Part shown: positions 57,863 to 64,000 of the stretch, one piece after another
Position numbering within the stretch: position 1 is the stretch's first letter
Layout of the letters: each line of letters begins with the position of its first letter
Origin: a virus
Taxonomy: Duplodnaviria; Heunggongvirae; Uroviricota; Caudoviricetes; Schitoviridae
IMG/VR virus record: IMGVR_UViG_2645727700_000001
Location: 1-64,000 of that record
Reading direction: 5' to 3' (one strand)
Length of the DNA: 64,000 nucleotides
Made by a program: the position numbers and the translations under genes
Notes under the pieces: model-generated
Told to the model about the DNA's origin: nothing
What the model saw: only the letters and a program-made list of their open reading frames with translations
Databases searched by the model: none

Positions 57863-58591
57863 TTAGTCGTCAAATAAGCCTGAGGTTGCAGCTTTAGGTT
57901 TAGCAGGTGCACCAGCTTTACCAGCAGCAGCGCCTTTAGGTTTTTTACCTTTGGTACGGTCTTTGACTTCGCCGTCCCAACGACCTTTCCACACATCAAT
58001 GAATGCTGCTTCTTCGGCTTTAGCACGAATTTCGGCAGTAGTTTTGTTGTCAGAAGCACGGAACACTTTGTCTACGTTGTTTTCTTCACGAGTTTCCTCT
58101 GTGTCAACGTATTTGCCATCAACCTTCTCTTGTTTGAAGACTTTTTGTTGGATAATTGCCAACTTCACTTCTTTATCAAGCAGGTCTACCAGTACATCTA
58201 CCTTAGTAGGGACTTCTTGTTTGGCATCTTTGTTGTACACTTTCACCATCTTAGATTCAGTGTCCATTTCAGAGAGTGCACGTTTAGCGGCTAAGCAGCA
58301 GATTGCATCCATGTGTAAGAAGCCTGCAAGGTACTTCTTCTCGCCTGAGTTTTTGTCGACGTAGTACGCCTTACCTTCTTTATTTGATACATAGAAAGTT
58401 TCTTTGTATTCGTCTTCGCCAATACCAAAAGTACAGTTGATGCCTACAGCACCAGAGTCAGCGATTTGGATGTACGCCATTTTGATAACTGCGTTATATA
58501 CGCCAGATGCAAAGAGTTTGAATTTACCGCCAACACTGTCGGTTTCGTTTTTAATGTTAGAGTCGTAAGATAAGCCAGCTAAAACACTCAT
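57863..58591 (-). CDS. putative single-stranded DNA-binding protein (N4 gp45-like) with acidic C-terminal tail ...SGLFDD
   Basis: 242 aa; position next to the ATPase and primase-like genes as in N4; Lys/Ala-rich flexible C-terminus ending LFDD. Confidence 0.5.
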   Translation of the reverse strand: MSVLAGLSYDSNIKNETDSVGGKFKLFASGVYNAVIKMAYIQIADSGAVGINCTFGIGEDEYKETFYVSNKEGKAYYVDKNSGEKKYLAGFLHMDAICCLAAKRALSEMDTESKMVKVYNKDAKQEVPTKVDVLVDLLDKEVKLAIIQQKVFKQEKVDGKYVDTEETREENNVDKVFRASDNKTTAEIRAKAEEAAFIDVWKGRWDGEVKDRTKGKKPKGAAAGKAGAPAKPKAATSGLFDD

Positions 58592-58595
58592 GAGG

Positions 58596-58636
58596 ATTTC
58601 CTTGTCTTGAGTTAAGTAAGTAAGTAGATAAGTAAA
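58596..58636. repeat. direct array of AAGTAAGTA half-sites upstream of the SSB-like gene
   Basis: gttaagtaagtaagtagataagtaaataagtaat. Confidence 0.4.
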
Positions 58637-58712
58637 TAAGTAATTGCGTAGCGAGAGACTACAGAGGAACTAATAGAATGTCTATTAGTTCCATGGGTTG
58701 ATTGCGTAGTAT

Positions 58713-59459
58713 TTACGCGGCTGCTTCATCAGTGCCGTAGTACTCATGGCAGCGTTTGATAAGTAAGTTCACATCGTTGTCAATGAATGTCTCATTGTCA
58801 TCGAACATACCCATAGGGCCGCGCATACGTTCTTGCACTGTGTCTGCGGTAATAAGCGTCTGGAATACGTGTTTGTAGCCCACAGCCTGATCACGTGGAG
58901 AGATCTCAAGAAGGTCATTCTTGAAGTTCTCAAGTGTTTTGAGCTTCTCTTTCTTCGTAGAAACAATGAAGGAGAAGAATGATTCGATACCTGTGTTGGC
59001 CAACGCACCTTTAATTGGTACTTTGGTTTCCATAGATAGAGTCTGTTCGTTGTATGTAGTGCGTGTATGCGCCGTAAAGATAACGTTCTTATCTGAGTTG
59101 GCTACATGTAACTGCATGAGGTTACGCACGAACTCAGCGTATTGTTGCCAGCCTGCACGTGAATCTTCTGCACCTACAATGTACTGTGACTCAAACATGT
59201 CCATAAGGTAGTTGAAGCCATCAATAACAATGTTATCAACGTCCTCGCGTCCTTGTGCCCATTCAAAGCCTTGATAGACTTGGTACGGATCAGTGATCAC
59301 AATGGACTTACGGAACTTGTCACGGAAAGGTAGTTTCTTACCTGATTCACAGTTAAGGTATAAGGTCTTACTTGAGAGATTACGCAAACAAGCAGATTTA
59401 CCCGTAGCAGATTCGCCACAAACAAGAATTAAGTTGTCATTTACATTAACGTCAGTCAT
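58713..59459 (-). CDS. P-loop ATPase (RecA-like/Sak4-like; N4 gp44-like)
   Basis: Walker A LILVCGESATGKSACL. Confidence 0.6.
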   Translation of the reverse strand: MTDVNVNDNLILVCGESATGKSACLRNLSSKTLYLNCESGKKLPFRDKFRKSIVITDPYQVYQGFEWAQGREDVDNIVIDGFNYLMDMFESQYIVGAEDSRAGWQQYAEFVRNLMQLHVANSDKNVIFTAHTRTTYNEQTLSMETKVPIKGALANTGIESFFSFIVSTKKEKLKTLENFKNDLLEISPRDQAVGYKHVFQTLITADTVQERMRGPMGMFDDNETFIDNDVNLLIKRCHEYYGTDEAAA

Positions 59460-59471
59460 TTCATATTCCTT

Positions 59472-59493
59472 TTTACTTACTTAAGTAAGTAAA
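59472..59493. promoter_or_regulatory. 22-bp perfect palindrome TTTACTTACTTAAGTAAGTAAA upstream of the ATPase gene
   Basis: perfect palindrome 13 bp upstream of the start. Confidence 0.5.
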
Positions 59494-59533
59494 TCTATTT
59501 ATTTCATCCGTTCCAGTACGCAGCGCGTACCCC

Positions 59534-61690
59534 TTATACATCTTTCTTAAGTAGCTCATTTGCTACAGTTTTAAAGATAGTTGCTGACAGCTCGGCTTCA
59601 CTCAATTTGCCCGGTAACTTGTCATTCAAGGCAGATACGCGGGTAGTAATTGTGTTGAAGTCATGGCCAGCATCACAGAGCACACGTGCAAACTTATGGA
59701 GTTGGACATTACGATTCCCGTCACCTGTGTTGTTAATTACCCAACGTTCAAGGTTGTCGAGAGAAGTTTGATCTTGGAACTTGCGCTCACGCTCCTCATT
59801 CTTGGAGGTCTTTGGAATGAAAGGCAGTACATCAAACAACTGGCCATCAGTTACGATTGCATCAGTTGGATTAGACAGCCATTTCTTACAGCGATGTGCT
59901 GCAGACGCATCCCCCTCAAATGGGAGTGATTCAAGTACGTTCATGTAGAACTCTTTGTAATCAGCAGCATCAAGTTTCAAAACATAATTAGTAGGCAATA
60001 TGATTCGGAAGCGGTTGGTTTCAGGCGTACTACGCTTGGTTGTGTAGTAGATTGCCTTGTAGTCCTTCAACAGCATCATTGCGGTTTTAAGCTGACATGT
60101 GCCATCAATGTCTAAGACAATTGTATTAAATCCTTCCTCAGCATTTTCCTCCTTGCGATAGCCACCCTTTAAGTGATGGTTTACCCAGTGGAACGCTGGT
60201 CCAGTGTATACACGTGGCAATTTGCTGAATGGAACACGAACGTTCTCATAACCCTCAGTCATGTCTGTACTGAAAGCCAAGATCATTTCATCAAGGTTGG
60301 TTTCATCTAGGGATTCCCCACGAAGGAACTGCACGCCGTCAGTAAAGATCTTCTTAATGATCACGTTGTTCTTGTAGCCCCATGCTGCAGCCATAAGGAG
60401 GATTTCCTCTTTAACTGCACGGGAGCCAGCAAATGCCGGACATTCTGTATCAAGGTCTGCTAATGTCAGTTCATTAGGGGAGTGTGCCAGGTGTTTTGCT
60501 ACCTTCACATAATTACGCTCTGGACGTAATAGCTCCTCACATGCCTTACCTGACGCTTCAACAAGCTTGATAGCATTCTCCAAGTGACCCATTGTGATCT
60601 CCGGAGACATATCCATAAATGCGTACGCACCTGCAAGTTTGAGCACTTTGAAGTAACGGTGATCCATTTCACTTTTGCGAATGGCTTCCGCTTCACTCAA
60701 GGTACGAGAGAGCTTTTCACACTGTAGTTTGTACTCTAAGAGCACTAAACATACTGGTTTAGGTAAACGAATGTTTTTACCAATGTTTACCATATCTGCA
60801 AGCTGCTCAAACTTCATAGAAAGATCTTCTAAGAAGTCCTCATTGCTTGTGTTAAAGAGTTGATCGTATAACTGATCTGGACTTAAACCATCTTGCTTAG
60901 TAGCTTGACGGGTAAATCCAAATAGGCAACGGCGGGCATATCCCATTTCCAACAGTTCCATGAGGAGCTGCTCGGTTTTGCCACCATCAAGTAATTTCTG
61001 AGGTGAGCCAAACAGTAATAGGTTAGCCGGGGTTGCACCATCAATCTTCTCAAAGCGCACATTGTCTGCAGTAGACTTGACCAGTTTGTCTTTTACTAAA
61101 CCTTTGTCGTAAAGCTCAAGGTAAGTGGTCAATGGTTCAAGAGTTGCTTGGAGGTTTACACCAATTTCATCGACCTGAAGGTTGCACGCACCCGCATTGG
61201 CCATCAACAATTTTTGACGCATTTGCTTAATGGCTGGGGATGTAGCTTCACTGAATGACATCATCAACGCGCCAAGAGAATTAAATTCCTTTTGGAGTTT
61301 GACAAGTTCATCATCTGGGTCGGTGCCATTACGTGTAGCAAGTTTAGTTGCCAATGTCACAAGGTTCTGATCGGCCAAGATAGGGAAGGTGTGCTCACGG
61401 AATGTTGTAAAGAAGCGATTCAATACTTCGCCTTCAATTACACCCGATGAGTGTCCTTTACCTGCACCTGACGGGGCCAGATTCATGGCGTACACATTAA
61501 TGGGAATGGAACTTTTACCCATGAATCCTGTGACACCTGCTCGCATTTGAGCAGCAACCATGCCCCAATAATACGCAACCAAGATTCGGAAGAATAAAGG
61601 ATCTGTATTTTGAGTTTTGGTTTGTAGCACTTTTACAAGTTTTTCTGAGGTCGGATGAAACTCCATATCCGACACAGCGCGTAAAGCCAT
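59534..61690 (-). CDS. putative DNA primase (N4 gp43-like)
   Basis: 718 aa; glycine-rich loop LAPSGAGKGHSSG; gene order DNAP ... primase-ATPase-SSB as in N4. Confidence 0.45.
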   Translation of the reverse strand: MALRAVSDMEFHPTSEKLVKVLQTKTQNTDPLFFRILVAYYWGMVAAQMRAGVTGFMGKSSIPINVYAMNLAPSGAGKGHSSGVIEGEVLNRFFTTFREHTFPILADQNLVTLATKLATRNGTDPDDELVKLQKEFNSLGALMMSFSEATSPAIKQMRQKLLMANAGACNLQVDEIGVNLQATLEPLTTYLELYDKGLVKDKLVKSTADNVRFEKIDGATPANLLLFGSPQKLLDGGKTEQLLMELLEMGYARRCLFGFTRQATKQDGLSPDQLYDQLFNTSNEDFLEDLSMKFEQLADMVNIGKNIRLPKPVCLVLLEYKLQCEKLSRTLSEAEAIRKSEMDHRYFKVLKLAGAYAFMDMSPEITMGHLENAIKLVEASGKACEELLRPERNYVKVAKHLAHSPNELTLADLDTECPAFAGSRAVKEEILLMAAAWGYKNNVIIKKIFTDGVQFLRGESLDETNLDEMILAFSTDMTEGYENVRVPFSKLPRVYTGPAFHWVNHHLKGGYRKEENAEEGFNTIVLDIDGTCQLKTAMMLLKDYKAIYYTTKRSTPETNRFRIILPTNYVLKLDAADYKEFYMNVLESLPFEGDASAAHRCKKWLSNPTDAIVTDGQLFDVLPFIPKTSKNEERERKFQDQTSLDNLERWVINNTGDGNRNVQLHKFARVLCDAGHDFNTITTRVSALNDKLPGKLSEAELSATIFKTVANELLKKDV

Positions 61691-61714
61691 TATGATTATC
61701 CTAATTTAAGTAAG

Positions 61715-61740
61715 TAATTAAGTAAGTAAAATTAAAGAAC
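61715..61740. repeat. two direct copies of TTAAGTAAGTAA upstream of the primase-like gene
   Basis: ttaagtaagtaattaagtaagtaa. Confidence 0.4.
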
Positions 61741-62715
61741 TAACTCACCAGATTTGATGAGGGCATCTTTTTGTCCACAAATAGAGAAGCACTTGCAGTA
61801 ACGGCAAGCTTTCACTTGTCCTGGTACTGTTTTGATGATGCCTTTACCGCCGTCCTTTGCTTGACGGGCAGCAGCCTCACCAAGATTGTCAAAGTTCTTC
61901 GTAGATTTGGTCATCTTGCTTGGGTCTTTGTAGTACTTATAAACGGGGTCGGTGCGCCATAAGTCCTCTGAGCTACACAATGGGATCTCGTTGTCCGGTG
62001 CATCTGCTAAACGTTCAACTTCACTGAGCTTGCGCTTGATGTAGTTGTCTGTTTGCTCATAAGAAAGCAACTGGAACTTTTGAGACACTGTACGGCTCTG
62101 CGGATACTTAGGGTTTCGCATCGCATCAATCTTTGACCAGTCCGTGAAGATGTAGTGAATCCACATAACGTCACGGGTAATGATGTCGGGGTTTAACCAA
62201 CGATAAATAGAGCCTTGAAGGATGTACTTATCTGCATTGGTTTGATTGATGAATGTAAAGACTCCGGTTGATTTGAAGTCTTGCACCATGCCTTCGCCCA
62301 CAAAGTCGAATTTCCCAGACACCTTGAATGGCCCAACTTGCTTGTAAGAGCGCAATTCCATATAGATAGGAATTGTGTTAGGTTCTGGTTTTTCTGGATT
62401 AACTCGGATGCGGTCAATTACTCGCTGCGGATAACCAAGAGCTTTAAGAGCTGCGGCAGGGGAGACCGTCCAACTACGCTCAATGGCATCATGGATAGCT
62501 GAACCCATGCGTGAAGCGACTAAACCTGAAATGTCTTCCAGCAACGGTTCAGCTTCCTGTTCCTTTAAACGGCGTTCAAGCACCAGTTGGCGCACAGGCT
62601 TAATCAATGAAGTTGCACTTAATACGCCTTCTTCATGGTCATAATTGTCTGTAGCGAGGAATACAGCTAACGCTAATGGGATTTGTTCGTTGTTTAGGTA
62701 CTTCTTTTCTTGCAT
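61732..62715 (-). CDS. PD-(D/E)xK family nuclease with C-terminal Cys cluster (Cas4/RecB-like exonuclease)
   Basis: FDFVGEGMVQDFKST (D...D-x-K) and C-terminal CRYCKCFSICGQ cysteine cluster. Confidence 0.45.
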   Translation of the reverse strand: MQEKKYLNNEQIPLALAVFLATDNYDHEEGVLSATSLIKPVRQLVLERRLKEQEAEPLLEDISGLVASRMGSAIHDAIERSWTVSPAAALKALGYPQRVIDRIRVNPEKPEPNTIPIYMELRSYKQVGPFKVSGKFDFVGEGMVQDFKSTGVFTFINQTNADKYILQGSIYRWLNPDIITRDVMWIHYIFTDWSKIDAMRNPKYPQSRTVSQKFQLLSYEQTDNYIKRKLSEVERLADAPDNEIPLCSSEDLWRTDPVYKYYKDPSKMTKSTKNFDNLGEAAARQAKDGGKGIIKTVPGQVKACRYCKCFSICGQKDALIKSGELVL

Positions 62716-62726
62716 GGGTTCATTCC

Positions 62727-63203
62727 TTAGATGTTCTGTTGGTTTTGCTTTCGGACAGCATCAATACTGGCTTGCTCACCTGCTAAGGCCGCATACGCTA
62801 CAAGGTCTTCAAAGTTGTCAGCTTTAAACTCACCCTGATCAGCGCGTACCATTTTCAAAAGCATCATAAAAGTCCAACCGTCTTGAACAGACAAGTTAGT
62901 CCCTTTAAGTTCATTGAATGCAGCAACCGTACGTTCCATACTGCGTTCACCTTCCGGTGAGTCGTATGTCACAGCACGATCTTTCATGTGTTGATTAGCA
63001 GCCACCAAAAAGCCTGCTGCTGAGAGCACTTTTTGCTTTTTAGGTTGGGTTAGTGGAATACCGGCAATAAAGCCTGCAATGTCTACTTGCACCGAGCTTG
63101 GTTTTTGACTATTACGGCGACGAGCTAGGCAACCTAAACAGTTGCAGTCGTTTGATTGAGATCCTTTCATTGTGAAATCCTCGTTCCAGTGGGCAAAGCC
63201 CAC
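62727..63203 (-). CDS. hypothetical protein
   Basis: 158-aa ORF with N-terminal CNCLGC. Confidence 0.4.
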   Translation of the reverse strand: MGFAHWNEDFTMKGSQSNDCNCLGCLARRRNSQKPSSVQVDIAGFIAGIPLTQPKKQKVLSAAGFLVAANQHMKDRAVTYDSPEGERSMERTVAAFNELKGTNLSVQDGWTFMMLLKMVRADQGEFKADNFEDLVAYAALAGEQASIDAVRKQNQQNI

Positions 63204-63222
63204 CGGACTTAAAAGTTAATGT

Positions 63223-64000
63223 TTATGCTGCACATGCTAAGCATTCATCGTTCACAATTACCCCTGACTTGGAGTAAATGTAATACTGGCTTAGGATGTC
63301 CGGGTCTAATGTCACTCGGGTCATTAAGCTTGCGATCTTCTGTTCAGATCCTTGATCAGCGAAATAGAAGTTCAATGACTGACCTTGACAAAGGTGCTTC
63401 TGACGTTCTTTTGCGTAGCGATAGATGACTTCCTGATCCATCTCAAATGCGGTACGGAATACAGCTTTCTCATGGTCATCTAACCAATCGACATGCTGTA
63501 CTGAACCTGCATGAGCTACGATGTCGTCTAACGTTTCTTGGTTGTAAACGCCACGTTCCTTCATTAATTCGTAAAGCACTGCATTGATACGCGGTAAACC
63601 GCCTACAGATGAAGATGCCTCATAAACCATTGCCGGAGATGGGAATACCGACTCCTCAACACCGCCCATGAGGTTAGATGTTGATTTGGTAGGAGCTACC
63701 GCCGTACGGTGTGTGTTACGCAATCCTGTGCCTTTACACCATTCAGGTTCCCCTAAGACTTCGGCCAACCACTTAGACGCTTCCAAGGACTCGTCATGTA
63801 GATGTTTGAAGATCTGTTTATTGAGGAAATACGCTTCAAGTGATTCATACGGAATACGTTTCTCTTGTAGGTATGTAGCAAAACCAAGTACACCTAAACC
63901 GATTGCACGGCCTTTTTCCGTAAAGGTACGCACTTTGTCCAGACCACGTTTACCCTTAGAGATCTCAATGAACTCGGAGCATAAGCAGTCAAGGAATACG
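63223..64000 (-). CDS. nrdA: ribonucleotide reductase class I alpha subunit, C-terminal part; gene continues beyond the window end
   Basis: VAPTKSTSNLMGGVEESVFP (NrdA PTASTSQILGNNES motif) and C-terminal Cys pair ...ECLACAA. Confidence 0.6.
   Translation of the reverse strand, partial: VFLDCLCSEFIEISKGKRGLDKVRTFTEKGRAIGLGVLGFATYLQEKRIPYESLEAYFLNKQIFKHLHDESLEASKWLAEVLGEPEWCKGTGLRNTHRTAVAPTKSTSNLMGGVEESVFPSPAMVYEASSSVGGLPRINAVLYELMKERGVYNQETLDDIVAHAGSVQHVDWLDDHEKAVFRTAFEMDQEVIYRYAKERQKHLCQGQSLNFYFADQGSEQKIASLMTRVTLDPDILSQYYIYSKSGVIVNDECLACAA

Noticed and set aside
2732-61740. GTAAGT motifs resembling eukaryotic 5' splice sites or intron boundaries
   Set aside because: They are part of symmetric intergenic palindromes upstream of start codons in a phage genome; there is no ORF disruption consistent with introns.
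1-64000. CRISPR array
   Set aside because: No evenly spaced repeat-spacer structure. The only tandem arrays are the 7-unit dyad array, which has short uneven spacers, and palindromes dispersed at gene starts.

Overview
This 64-kb window looks like most of a linear dsDNA podophage genome of the N4-like (Schitoviridae) type, with all gene calls resting on motifs read directly from the six-frame translations. The central region carries a giant virion-RNA-polymerase-like gene and a two-subunit RNAPII; the left end carries a plasmid-like partition/replication cassette, which is unexpected in an N4-like phage. A conserved near-perfect palindrome core TTACTTACTTAAGTAAGTAA sits just upstream of about 20 genes on both strands.

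Gene layout, by block:
- 155-3745 (+): unknown, possibly tail-related proteins, then a lysis cassette. The cassette is an Amidase_3-type endolysin followed by an Rz-like i-spanin with an Rz1-like lipoprotein o-spanin embedded in another frame.
- 4304-29630 (-): early/middle and replication genes. Assigned products are an SPFH/band-7 lipoprotein, a family A DNA polymerase, an SF1 Dda/RecD-like helicase, an HExxH+vWA protein with a MoxR-like AAA+ ATPase, and the two T7-like RNAPII subunits. The rest are small hypothetical genes, many joined by TAATG stop-start overlaps.
- 29800-55876 (+): morphogenesis block. Large terminase, portal, scaffold-like protein, major capsid protein, coiled-coil and membrane-spanning virion proteins, an SLT lytic transglycosylase, and a 3403-aa giant ORF. 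The giant ORF carries single-subunit RNAP motifs A, B and C, so it is an N4-type virion RNA polymerase.
- 56055-64000 (-): a second replication block. Acidic protein, RuvC-like resolvase, SSB-like protein, P-loop ATPase, primase-like protein, PD-(D/E)xK nuclease, and the C-terminal part of a class I RNR alpha subunit that runs off the window.

Two things stand out.

The first is a plasmid-like cassette at 8060-10440. It holds a ParA/Soj-type ATPase gene, a small gene and a winged-HTH gene. Immediately downstream are seven tandem 17-bp dyad hairpin repeats (GGTCTCA-N3-TGAGACC) at about 32-bp spacing. Within the next 450 bp are four perfect TTATCCACA DnaA boxes and an AT-rich stretch. Together this suggests an iteron/centromere plus host-DnaA-dependent origin, and possibly a phage-plasmid or carrier-state lifestyle.

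The second is the palindrome family, 17 palindromic or near-palindromic copies with the core TTACTTACTTAAGTAAGTAA plus three degenerate direct half-site arrays. About 20 copies sit 15-100 bp upstream of start codons on both strands. The most likely role is a phage-specific promoter/operator system.

No tRNA, rRNA or CRISPR array was seen. Several Rho-independent terminators are identifiable.
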